From NCBI GenBank assembly GCA_052246995.1, contig JBQPWD010000001.1:206652-270651 (forward strand): a DNA stretch of 64,000 bases, in the 5' to 3' direction. Position 1 is the first letter of the stretch, and every line of letters starts with the position of its first letter. The notes under the pieces were generated by a model that was not told the origin of the DNA, searched no databases, and saw only the letters and a program-made list of their open reading frames with translations. Source of the DNA: Candidatus Bathyarchaeota archaeon (GTDB lineage Archaea; Thermoproteota; Bathyarchaeia; Hecatellales; Hecatellaceae). Shown piece by piece: positions 20,898-30,178 of this stretch. The position numbers and the translations under genes are program-made.

Positions 20898-21717
20898 GCT
20901 GAAGATTGTTGCAGGGATTGATGCAGGTTCAACAACAACTAAAGCTTTAGTATTGGATTCCATGGGTAGGATATTGTCCTACCATATTTTAAACACAGGT
21001 TCAGCATACTGGGAGACTACTAAAGAATGTCTAAGTAAAGCTTTAGAAACTTCTAATCTAAGTTGGGACAACCTAGACTATGTTGTCGCCACAGGTTATG
21101 GTAGGAAACTGGTAGAATTTGCAAACTTAGAATTAACAGAAATTAGCTGCTGTGCGTATGGTGTTTTTAAAATTTTTCCTGAAGTAAGAATGGTTATTGA
21201 TATTGGTGGACAAGATAGTAAAATTATACATGTAGACCGTAATGGCTTTGTCGTAAACTTTGTTTTAAATGATAAATGTGCGGCTGGAACTGGAAGGTTC
21301 TTAGAGTTAATTGCGTGTTCACTTGGAGTACCTATTGAAGATTTAGGTAAACTTGCAGCTCACTCCACAAAAACTGTTGAGGTTAGTAATGTTTGCGCGG
21401 TTTTTGCCGAGTCTGAAGTTGTTTCTTTACGGGCTGCAGGCATAGATAAAGCAGATATAGTTGCAGGAGTTTGCCGTGCAATAGCTAGACGTATAATTGG
21501 TTTTGTTGGTCAAATAGGATTAAAAACACCAATAGTGGTTTGTGGTGGTGTGGCAAAAAATTTAGGAGTTATACATGCACTTGAAGAGAAGTTAAATACA
21601 AAAGTTTTAGTGCCAAGGGAGCCACAACTTATGAGTGCGCTTGGAGCGGCGATTAAGGGTTTAGAAGAGCTTGGTTTTTCAGAAATTAAAGTTGATGCTA
21701 CAAAGCTTATTTTATAA
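20878..21717 (+). CDS. CoA-substrate-specific enzyme activase (HgdC/BadF/BcrAD ASKHA ATPase)
   Basis: IVAGIDAGSTTTKALVLD N-terminal phosphate-1 motif, VIDIGGQDSKII, a Cys pair for the bridging [4Fe-4S] cluster (CAAGTGRF), and VCGGVAKN. It overlaps the upstream gene by 20 nt. Confidence 0.85.
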   Translation: MRAEKDKLKIVAGIDAGSTTTKALVLDSMGRILSYHILNTGSAYWETTKECLSKALETSNLSWDNLDYVVATGYGRKLVEFANLELTEISCCAYGVFKIFPEVRMVIDIGGQDSKIIHVDRNGFVVNFVLNDKCAAGTGRFLELIACSLGVPIEDLGKLAAHSTKTVEVSNVCAVFAESEVVSLRAAGIDKADIVAGVCRAIARRIIGFVGQIGLKTPIVVCGGVAKNLGVIHALEEKLNTKVLVPREPQLMSALGAAIKGLEELGFSEIKVDATKLIL

Positions 21718-21801
21718 ACGTTAACGTTTTCTTTTACTTTATTTTTTATTATTATTAATTCTTAAAAGCTAGTAAAAAGGTTAGGTTTATAGTGAAGAAG
21801 T

Positions 21802-23121
21802 ATGGAGAGTCTGCACGGATATACTGGCTCAGCCTTAGAGGTTTTAAAGAAAGCTGATGTAAAAATTGGGGATAGTATTCGTATCACAAGAAACGGGGAA
21901 ATATTTGAAGGAATACTTATGCCCAGAATTGGACTTGGAGATCCAAGTCATATAATTTTAAAGCTTCCAAACGGATATAACATTGGAATTAGGGTTAAAG
22001 GTAACGTTGAAGTTGAAAAAATCGAAATTAAAAAGAAACATCAAGATAAGACTGTTAGTATTGATTTTTTAGAGAAAGAAGGCTTACCGTCAGTTTTAAT
22101 TATTGGGACAGGTGGAACCATAGCTAGTAAGGTTGAATATAGAACAGGGGCTGTTTATCCATCCCTTACAACAGAGGATCTTTACAGAACCGTACCCGAA
22201 CTTTCAAGTATAGCTAAAATAAAGACTAACGTTTTACTTAGCATTTTTAGCGAGAATATGGAGCCTAAACATTGGTGCAAGATTGCAAAGGCTATTGGTA
22301 AAGCAATCGTGGAAAATGATGTTGATGGTATTGTTGTGGCTCATGGAACGGATACCATGGGTTACACTGCTGCCGCTCTAAGTTTTTCTCTTCAAAATCT
22401 TCCAATACCTGTTGTTCTCGTCGGTTCTCAAAGGTCTTCTGACCGTCCAAGTTCAGATGCAGCTTTAAACCTTATAGGTGCTGTTAGGGTTGCGGCTTAC
22501 GCTCCCTTTGCTGAGGTTGTTGTTGTTATGCATGAGTCAACATCAGATAACTCAATTTTTGTTCATAGAGGTGTTAAGGTTAGGAAGTGTCATACAAGTC
22601 GTAGAGATGCCTTTAAATCTGTAAATGCAGTTCCATTGGCTAGGGTTTTCAACGGAGAAATTCAAATACTTGGTGAAAGTTACATGGTAAGACATTCAGG
22701 CAAGGATTTTAAGCTTAAACCAGATTTTGAGGAAAAGGTTGCACTGTTAAAGTTTCATCCTGGGTTTAATCCCCAAATTATAGAGTGGCTTGTTGAGAAA
22801 AAGTATTTTGGAATTGTTTTTGAAGGTACAGGATTAGGACATGTAAGTAAAAGTTGCTTTGAAAACATTAGAAAGGCTGTTGAAGCTGGTATGGTTGTAG
22901 GTATGACTTCTCAATGTATTTGGGGTAGTGTAAGGCTTACGGTTTATGATACTGGAAGAGATTTGCTTAGCTTAGGTGTCATACCGCTTGGAGATATGCT
23001 TCCTGAAACAGCTTTAGTAAAAATGATGTGGGCTTTTGGGCAAACAAAAAATCCTGACAAGGTTAAGGAAATTATGCTTCTAAATCTTGTTGGAGAGTAC
23101 TCATCAAAGTTAACAATTTAA
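21802..23121 (+). CDS. gatD: Glutamyl-tRNA(Gln) amidotransferase subunit D
   Basis: N-terminal GatD-specific domain plus an asparaginase-like core (VLIIGTGGTIAS, VVAHGTDTMGYTAAAL); 439 aa. Confidence 0.88.
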   Translation: MESLHGYTGSALEVLKKADVKIGDSIRITRNGEIFEGILMPRIGLGDPSHIILKLPNGYNIGIRVKGNVEVEKIEIKKKHQDKTVSIDFLEKEGLPSVLIIGTGGTIASKVEYRTGAVYPSLTTEDLYRTVPELSSIAKIKTNVLLSIFSENMEPKHWCKIAKAIGKAIVENDVDGIVVAHGTDTMGYTAAALSFSLQNLPIPVVLVGSQRSSDRPSSDAALNLIGAVRVAAYAPFAEVVVVMHESTSDNSIFVHRGVKVRKCHTSRRDAFKSVNAVPLARVFNGEIQILGESYMVRHSGKDFKLKPDFEEKVALLKFHPGFNPQIIEWLVEKKYFGIVFEGTGLGHVSKSCFENIRKAVEAGMVVGMTSQCIWGSVRLTVYDTGRDLLSLGVIPLGDMLPETALVKMMWAFGQTKNPDKVKEIMLLNLVGEYSSKLTI

Positions 23122-23189
23122 AAATTGGAGGGATTTTTATCCCCGCAAACCTGCCGCCAGCTTGTTTAGCTCAATATAAGAAGGTTTTA

Positions 23190-24308
23190 ATGTCTAGAAG
23201 TCTCCAAGAAAAACTGGAAAATCTACAAATATTCTATTCCATGGTGCCTAAACATAAGGGTACAGAAAAACTTTGTATGAACGTTAAAAAGCAAATTGCC
23301 AAGCTTAAAGCTCAAATTGAAGAAGAGAAAAAACATAAGAAAATTAGTAGGGCAAGCCTAGGATGGTTTGTTGAAAAACATGGTGCTGCACAATTACTTC
23401 TTTTAGGATTAACCAACTCTGGGAAAAGCAGCATAATCTCAAGGGTTACAAACGCTAGGCCAGTTATTTCACCACATCCCTATACTACCACAGAACCTGT
23501 AGCTGGTATGCTTCCATTTGAAGATATAAGCTTTCAACTTGTTGAAGCTCCAAGTTTTAAGCCTTCTGAAGATGAAGGTTGGAATAGGCGTGTTGCAAGC
23601 CTTGCTAGGAATGCTGATGGGTTAATTTTTGTTTTAAATCTTGAGGAGGATGTTTGCTGGCAGTATGAGTTTATCATTCGTATGCTTGACAACCTGAATG
23701 TAAGCGTAGAGAAGCCTAAAGCTTATGTTACCATTGAGAAAAAGCCTGCAAACATCGGGATTCAAATTGTTGGACGTATTGTAGACTCAACCTATGATGA
23801 AGTTAAAAGGCTGCTTAACAGTTGTGGTATTCAGAATGCTGTTGTAAAGGTTTATGGCGAAGCCTCAATTAACGATGTTGAGGAAGCCGTTTTTGGTGAA
23901 GTAGTTTATAAGCCAGTATTGGTAGTGGCAAACAAAGTTGATGTTGAAGGCTCAAAAGAAAATCTGGAGAATTTAAAAATGCTAATTAAAGATGCAGATA
24001 AGGTTCTTTCCACATCCTGCGTAACAGGAGAATGTTTAGACATGCTTGGTTTTAAAATTTTTAAAACACTTGAAATAATAAGAGTTTATACCAAACCTCC
24101 TGGCAAAAGGGAAAGAAGCAATAAACCTATAATTGTAAGAAAAGGTTCAACGGTTATTGATGTAGCAAGAGAAATTCACAGCGAACTTTGCGAAAAATTC
24201 AGCTATGCTAAGATTTGGGGTCAATCAGCCAAATATGACGGTGAAAAAGTTGGCTTAAATCACATTCTAATGGACGGAGATACTGTGGAAATTCGCTTAA
24301 AAAAGTAA
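23190..24308 (+). CDS. DRG/Obg-family GTP-binding protein with C-terminal TGS domain (divergent G3 motif)
   Basis: P-loop GLTNSGKSS, G2 PYTTTEP, G4 ANKVD, and a C-terminal TGS domain (IRVYTKPPGK...VEIRLKK). The expected DxPG G3 motif reads EAPS. Confidence 0.75.
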   Translation: MSRSLQEKLENLQIFYSMVPKHKGTEKLCMNVKKQIAKLKAQIEEEKKHKKISRASLGWFVEKHGAAQLLLLGLTNSGKSSIISRVTNARPVISPHPYTTTEPVAGMLPFEDISFQLVEAPSFKPSEDEGWNRRVASLARNADGLIFVLNLEEDVCWQYEFIIRMLDNLNVSVEKPKAYVTIEKKPANIGIQIVGRIVDSTYDEVKRLLNSCGIQNAVVKVYGEASINDVEEAVFGEVVYKPVLVVANKVDVEGSKENLENLKMLIKDADKVLSTSCVTGECLDMLGFKIFKTLEIIRVYTKPPGKRERSNKPIIVRKGSTVIDVAREIHSELCEKFSYAKIWGQSAKYDGEKVGLNHILMDGDTVEIRLKK

Positions 24309-24534
24309 GAGTGAAAGAGACGGAGTTTTTGCAGAAATGTATACCGTTAACTCTCTCTAGCAGCTTCCACCAATCCTATACCTGTAACATCTCCAATTCT
24401 TTCTTGATGCTTTTTAAAATTCGGAGATTTTTAAGAAGCAAAACAATAGTTGTTTATTTCATTTATGTTGATGGCTTTTTTGGTTTCTTTAACCTTTTTA
24501 GGTTTACTGGTTATTTAAGTATATAAGGTGAGAC

Positions 24535-24801
24535 TTGGTATTGCCTTGTTTTGTAAAGCTTGCGGAAAGAATAGGTGTAAAGTTGCCGAGTGAAGAAAGA
24601 TTTTTGGAGTGGTTTGAGGAAAAGTTGAAGGAAGTACTTGGTGTTTTAAGCCATAAAGAACTGGAAAAAGCTTTAAATGATAAGTATTTAAGAGATAACC
24701 GGAGTTTAAAGCTTCTTTTTGAAGAGCTTCTGGCAGCCTACAGGTTAAGGTTGGAAAGAAAAAATAAAGCTAAAATTTTGGTTGAAGAAGGTGTTGTTTA
24801 A
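24535..24801 (+). CDS. Hypothetical small protein (88 aa, helical, charged)
   Basis: ORF only; no recognisable motif. It lies in a 740-bp gene-poor gap. Confidence 0.3.
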   Translation: MVLPCFVKLAERIGVKLPSEERFLEWFEEKLKEVLGVLSHKELEKALNDKYLRDNRSLKLLFEELLAAYRLRLERKNKAKILVEEGVV

Positions 24802-25049
24802 TAAAGCTTAAGACAAGACTAATCTTCACTGTTCTGTTCAAACAAATTATTAAAAGGCTTTTAGTTTATGATTTGTAGGCTGGCAAATCTAAAAATCCAT
24901 GTCCCCCAAAAGAAAAGATGATGTTTCGCAAAATATGTGGTTGGCATATGAGAAATAACAAGTTTCAAATTTAACTTTTACGTATGTTTAAGTGGATAAA
25001 TTATATACCCGCGGATAGAGTTTACTAAAAAAATTATAGGGAGTGATAA

Positions 25050-25835
25050 TTGACGTTAAAACCTGCAATTTCAACACTAATATCCTACAGAAGTAGGGAC
25101 GAAAATCTTGTTAAGGTAATAGAAAGCTGCGAACATGTTAAAAATTGGGAGATAATCGACGAAGGCTTTCATAAGCTTGATAATAAACTGATAAAAAGCC
25201 TTGTTGAACTTTCTTCGACAAGAAAAATTAGGTATGCTGTGCACGCTCCATTTTCAAGCATAAATCTTGCAGAAGTTGACCAAAACCTTTGTAAATGTTT
25301 TATAAGGTTTATGTTGGCTTCGCTTAAAAAGGCTTACAAAATTGAAGCGTCTATATGGGTTGTTCATCCTGGAAGATTTACTCCATTTAGTTACTTTTTC
25401 CCGGAAGAATGTTGGAAAGCACATTTGGCATCTCTTAATTTGCTTGCAAAAGAAGCTAGCAACCTTGGTATTCAGGTGGTTGTTGAAAACATGGTTGGAG
25501 GTTTTGCGCTTTTTCTTACAATGGATGATGGTGTTAAAATTGTAGATAATGTTGATGGTGTTGGTATCTGTCTTGATACTGGTCATGCACATATTGTAGG
25601 AAGCCTTGAAGAATTCCTAGATAAGCTTCCAAAAATTAAACATGTACATGTTCATGACAATCATGGTGAGAAAGATGAGCATCTTGCAGTCTACGACGGA
25701 AACATAAACTGGAACACCTTCTTGGAGAAGCTTAAAACAACAGGGTATGATGGTTGGGTTGTTGCAGAAAATTATCACCTTTCAGATGCAATAAAAACGT
25801 TAAAACGTTTGGGCCTATTGAAAGAAAATGTTTAG
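25050..25835 (+). CDS. Sugar phosphate isomerase/epimerase (xylose-isomerase-like TIM barrel)
   Basis: Conserved metal-ligand pattern of the family: VVENM, ICLDTGHAHI, HVHVHDNHGEKDEHL; 261 aa. Confidence 0.75.
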   Translation: MTLKPAISTLISYRSRDENLVKVIESCEHVKNWEIIDEGFHKLDNKLIKSLVELSSTRKIRYAVHAPFSSINLAEVDQNLCKCFIRFMLASLKKAYKIEASIWVVHPGRFTPFSYFFPEECWKAHLASLNLLAKEASNLGIQVVVENMVGGFALFLTMDDGVKIVDNVDGVGICLDTGHAHIVGSLEEFLDKLPKIKHVHVHDNHGEKDEHLAVYDGNINWNTFLEKLKTTGYDGWVVAENYHLSDAIKTLKRLGLLKENV

Positions 25836-25888
25836 TTATTTTCTCATTTTTAAAGTAGTTAAGTTTTATTTTTAGGTGGTGTTTAAGT

Positions 25889-26664
25889 TTGTATGACCCT
25901 GTGAAACTTGCTAAGGATCTTGAAAAGGTTGTATGCAAAGGTTTAGAAAGAAAATATTATCGGGTTGCTCGTGGCGGTAGATGGTATGGCGGCATCGCAA
26001 CAGCCGATAACCATTAAATGGTCGGCATTGTTGCGGATGCTGCCTAAAATGTGTTTTTTGCTGGAGTAACTATCCTAGAGATAACCCTGCTAAGGTTGGA
26101 AACTTTTACACCTCTGAATACATTTTTAGCAAACTTGATGCTTGTGCTAAAAAGTTTAACTATAATCTTTTAAGGGTTAGTGGTAACGAGCCTACAATAG
26201 GAAGAGAACACTTGTTTAGGCTACTTGAACTTGTTGAACAATCAAACTATAACTTTATTCTTGAAACAAACGGGATACTTATAGGTTATGATCCAAGTTA
26301 TGCTAGAGAGCTTTCAAAGTTTAGCTGTATTCATGTTAGGGTTTCGCTTAAAGGTGTAAATAGTCAACAGTTTTTCATGTTAACTGGAGCTAATCCTGAA
26401 GCATTTAGCCTTCAAATTAAAGCATTAAAAAACTTACTTGATTACGGTGTTTCATGCCATCCTGCGGTAATGTCATCTTTCAGCTCTAAAGCGGAGTTTC
26501 AAAGCTTGTTGAACCTCCTTGGAGAGGTAGATAAAAAACTTGTAAAGGATGTTGAAGAAGAATACGTATTTTTATATCCTCATGTAGTTGAAAGGTTGAA
26601 AAAATCTGGAATTAAACCTAAAATAGCCTATACACCAGACAAAGTTCCTGAAGAGCTAGTCTAA
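25889..26664 (+). pseudogene. Radical SAM protein gene interrupted by a frameshift next to the CxxxCxxC motif
   Basis: Frame 1 (from TTG 25889) encodes ...KYYRVARGGRWYGGIATADNH* and stops at 26015-26017. From 26011, the frame of the track ORF 26212-26664 reads PLNGRHCCGCCLKCVFCWSNYPRDN... and carries the CX3CX2C motif. The two parts cannot be joined without a 1-nt indel near 26006-26016. Confidence 0.7.
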
Positions 26665-27608
26665 GAATGGTAACTGTTATGTTTAAATACTCTTCTTGAG
26701 TGGTGAAAAAAGTAGGGTACAAGATATCCTGAATAGCTTCCAAACTTTTCCAGAATAAAGTTTTGTAACTTAACATAGCTTAAATCCTTATTTAACCCAT
26801 AAAGATTTACTAGCGCCCTTTTAACCCACACATCTATTGGTAAGGCTTCAGTTCTACCCAAACCGTAAAGTAAAACAGCATCGGCAACCTTTAAACCAAC
26901 GCCTGGAAGCTTCATAACTCTTTTCCTACCATCTATAATGTTTAAATTCTCTAACGTTCTCCAGTTAATCTTCCTGGCATGATACTCTTTTGCAAGCTGT
27001 AGAAGAAACTTAGCTTTATACCCTAACTTACAACTGTAAAGTTCTTTTAAGCTTAAACTTGAAATTTGCTCTAAATCTGGAAAAGTGTTTAAAACTAATT
27101 CATCTTTAAACTTAAAACTTAACCCAAGCTTTTGCTTTAAAGCTTCAAGCATTTGTTCAAGCCTAGTTATTGAAGTATTTGCTGAAAGCTGGTATGTTAT
27201 TAAACATTCCTCAATGTTAAAGTATCTTATAAGTCTAAGTCCTCTATACTCGGTTATAATATTTTTTGCTACATGGTCATCCTTAAACTTGCTATAAACT
27301 TCATCTAAATCATAGCTTAAGCCAAGCTCGCAAAAAATTTTCATTATAGTAAGGTTATAAAGGTTTTTAGGCTTTTTATTTACGTAGGATATATCAACAG
27401 TAAGTTGAGGTTTATCAGTTGAACCTTGCTGTTTAACTTCTAAACCTACAACTGATTTATTATCAACTTTAAGAACGCTTCTATAACCTCTATGCACCCT
27501 TTTCCAGTTTGAGTTTGTAAACTGTTTACTCTCCATTGTAAGTTCAAGATTTAATGGACCCTTAATCATGTTTGCAGGGATAACTATTTTTAAACTTTTT
27601 AACATCAA
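26661..27608 (-). CDS. HhH-GPD DNA glycosylase, 8-oxoguanine DNA glycosylase (Ogg)-like
   Basis: Helix-hairpin-helix plus Gly/Pro-Asp motif LPGVGLKVADAVLLYGLGRTEALPIDVWV; 315 aa with an N-terminal Ogg1-like domain. Confidence 0.75.
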   Translation of the reverse strand: MMLKSLKIVIPANMIKGPLNLELTMESKQFTNSNWKRVHRGYRSVLKVDNKSVVGLEVKQQGSTDKPQLTVDISYVNKKPKNLYNLTIMKIFCELGLSYDLDEVYSKFKDDHVAKNIITEYRGLRLIRYFNIEECLITYQLSANTSITRLEQMLEALKQKLGLSFKFKDELVLNTFPDLEQISSLSLKELYSCKLGYKAKFLLQLAKEYHARKINWRTLENLNIIDGRKRVMKLPGVGLKVADAVLLYGLGRTEALPIDVWVKRALVNLYGLNKDLSYVKLQNFILEKFGSYSGYLVPYFFHHSRRVFKHNSYHS

Positions 27609-27807
27609 AATTTATCATCATCTTAAGCTTCTAAAAAATTTAGAAGCCTTAACTTACGTAAAACCCTGATGATTAACGATGGACGGCCTGAAGAGTGATG
27701 AACCATTGCAGAAATGAAGGGTACGTTAAAAGTTAAGGCTTACACTTTTATGTTAGTTAAGCATATTCCATTTTTAGAGCTTTAACTTAGCTCTTCACCT
27801 TAGTTAG

Positions 27808-28938
27808 GTGAACTTTTTGGAAGGTTTTTTAAGTTTTGAGGTTGATAAAATTCAGACAAGCCATATTGCAGTTCCACCTTCTACACCTATCTCTAAAGTG
27901 GTAAGCATTTTTGACTCTAACAATGTTTATGAAGTTTTTACTGTCATTAACGGAAAAGTTTATGGTATAACTGCTAAAAACGTTTTATCAACTTTAAATC
28001 CTGAAGCAAAATTATCATCAGCTGCAACATTGGCGCCAACAGTTACTCCTAAAACAAAAATTTATGATGCTGTTGAATTGATGTTAAAACATAAACTTCA
28101 CAGCTTACCCGTTTTTGAAAATAAAAAACTTGTTGGTGTTGTAAATGCTTCAACGATTGTTTCACAAGTAATGAACCTTAAAAAAACTACTCTAAACTAT
28201 ACCGCGGATGACGTGATGGACTGTGGTTTTCCAGTAATTTATGAAAACAATTTAGCAGCTAAGGCTAGAAGCTTGATAATTAAAAATGACGTTGATTATT
28301 TACCTGTAGTTTCGTCAACTAACAAAGCTTTTTATGGCATATTAACATCAATAAAGCTAGCCTCCATCATTACCCCCTCTGTTGCTCCTAGGTTGGGTAT
28401 AAGAGGATTTGAAAGTTTAAGAAAGATGGATTTTCCTGTGAAAGACTTGGTTGAGACAAACGTTTTAATGTTTAATGTTAATGAGAAAGTCCATTCCATA
28501 GCAGATGCAATGTTAACTCGTGAAAAGGATTATGCTGTTATAACTCTTTGGGACGAATTTCAAGGAATAGTAAACTTTCATAGTATTTTAAAGTTGATTG
28601 TCAAAACTAAGGAACCTGAGTTTCCAGTATACATGGTTGGTTTACCTGAGGATGCGTTTGAAGCTGAAGCTGCAAAAACAAAATTTATTAGAGTTATAAA
28701 CACGGCTAAAAAGGTTTTTCCATACATTGAAGAGGCTTCATCGGTGATTAAAACAACAAGGATTGGCGGGGAAAGAAGAAGATACGAGGTTAATGTAACA
28801 ATAAAAACACCAAAAAAGTTTTTTAAATTCTCAGAATCCGGATGGGATCTTTCCTCACTATATGATTTAATTTCTCGTAAGATTAAGAGGCTTATATCAA
28901 AAAGGTCTTCAAAAGTTAAGAGAAGACCTAAGGACTAA
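27808..28938 (+). CDS. CBS-domain protein (tandem CBS pairs) with basic C-terminal tail
   Basis: Repeated CBS-type beta-alpha-beta-beta-alpha units (HSLPVFENKKLVGVV, DYLPVVSS...FYGILT). Confidence 0.65.
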   Translation: MNFLEGFLSFEVDKIQTSHIAVPPSTPISKVVSIFDSNNVYEVFTVINGKVYGITAKNVLSTLNPEAKLSSAATLAPTVTPKTKIYDAVELMLKHKLHSLPVFENKKLVGVVNASTIVSQVMNLKKTTLNYTADDVMDCGFPVIYENNLAAKARSLIIKNDVDYLPVVSSTNKAFYGILTSIKLASIITPSVAPRLGIRGFESLRKMDFPVKDLVETNVLMFNVNEKVHSIADAMLTREKDYAVITLWDEFQGIVNFHSILKLIVKTKEPEFPVYMVGLPEDAFEAEAAKTKFIRVINTAKKVFPYIEEASSVIKTTRIGGERRRYEVNVTIKTPKKFFKFSESGWDLSSLYDLISRKIKRLISKRSSKVKRRPKD

Positions 28939-29123
28939 TAGTAATAGTTTATGCCCCCATCATATATTGTATTGTTAAACAAAACCTTACTTTTTTCGTT
29001 TATGGAGTAAAAACGGAGTTTACACTTTCACCTTAAAGTATCCTAGGTTTATTCAAACCTTTCGTTGAATGTTTACATTGGGAAAGAGTAAAAGTAATAT
29101 AGTATGGTTTAAGTTTTCAGGAT

Positions 29124-29996
29124 TTGGGGTGTACTTTCTTGATTAAAAATGTTAAATTAACATGTATTGTTGAAAATTTAACAGGAATACCCTACATAGA
29201 GTTTTTAGGTAAACATGGTTTTTCATTGTTTTTGGAGGTTGACCTGGAGTATGATAAGCTTTTTCTACTGATGGATACAGGGCCCTCACCTGATGTGTTT
29301 TCTCATAACCTTGATATTTTAAAGCTTGACATGAGAAAAGTTGAAGCTATTGTTTTATCTCACGGTCACTATGACCATACTGGTGGACTTGTAGAAGCCT
29401 TAAAAAGAATAGGAAAAAAAGATATCCCTGTTATAGCACATCCAGAAGCTTTTAATTTAAAGTTTGCTTCTAGGTTTAGATATATAGGTATACCTTTTAA
29501 ACCCATAGACGTTGAAGAGGCTGGCGGTAGGCTTATTTTAGCAAAAAACCCTGTATGGATTACTGATGATGTTGTTGTTACTGGTGAAGTTGAAAGAGTT
29601 ACAGGTTTTGAGGATGTTAAAGGCTTCTGGACAGTAAAGGATGGGATGGTTAAGGAAGATATTGTACCCGATGACCAATCTTTGGTTTTAAAGCTTAATG
29701 ACAAAGGACTGCTTATAATCTCTGGATGTGCTCATGCTGGAATAGTAAACACCGTTAAGTATGCCCAAAAAATTACTGGAGTTAGTAGGATTTACGGTGT
29801 TGTTGGAGGTTTCCATCTTGAGGAAGCATCAAAAGAGAGATTAGAGCAAACATTAAACGAGTTTAAAAAGTTTAACCCTGAAGTTGTTGCACCGTGTCAT
29901 TGTACAGGATTTGAGGCTACAAAACTTTTTGCTGAAATATTTGGAAAAAAACTTTTACTACTAAAAAGCGGTTTATCAACAACCCTTCAGTGGTAA
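29124..29996 (+). CDS. MBL-fold metallo-hydrolase
   Basis: HGHYDHTGG metal-binding motif, CAHAG and a downstream His; 290 aa. Confidence 0.75.
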   Translation: MGCTFLIKNVKLTCIVENLTGIPYIEFLGKHGFSLFLEVDLEYDKLFLLMDTGPSPDVFSHNLDILKLDMRKVEAIVLSHGHYDHTGGLVEALKRIGKKDIPVIAHPEAFNLKFASRFRYIGIPFKPIDVEEAGGRLILAKNPVWITDDVVVTGEVERVTGFEDVKGFWTVKDGMVKEDIVPDDQSLVLKLNDKGLLIISGCAHAGIVNTVKYAQKITGVSRIYGVVGGFHLEEASKERLEQTLNEFKKFNPEVVAPCHCTGFEATKLFAEIFGKKLLLLKSGLSTTLQW

Positions 29997-30178
29997 ACAG
30001 CTTAAATCCTTTCCAAAGCTTCTCAGAAAACGTAAATAAAGAAGTGGTTTTCATTTAGTGGTGTAGATAGCGGGGTTACTGCCCTTATTCTAGCAACATC
30101 ATGAAAAGCACCTTCTTTTTTCCTCCAATTTTTTGATAAAATCGGTAACGTGGCTATAACCCGCCATGAGTATGCCTT

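Noticed and set aside
24311-24526. 71-aa ORF directly after the GTPase stop.
   Set aside because: The translation is Phe/Leu-rich and low in complexity, with no RBS or TATA context. The region is more likely non-coding terminator/promoter DNA. No C/D-box or other ncRNA signature was convincing.
24802-25049. tRNA, ncRNA or CRISPR in the larger intergenic gaps (24309-25049, 35491-35896, 45576-46030, 47561-48008, 11576-11856).
   Set aside because: No GGTTCRANYCC T-loop-like motif and no acceptor/D-arm pairing were found. No regularly spaced direct repeats of 24-40 nt are present. Only the short tandem and phased repeats reported above were seen.
26006-26016. Programmed ribosomal frameshift in the radical SAM gene.
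   Set aside because: There is no X-XXY-YYZ slippery heptamer and no obvious downstream stimulatory structure. A pseudogene or an assembly error is more parsimonious.
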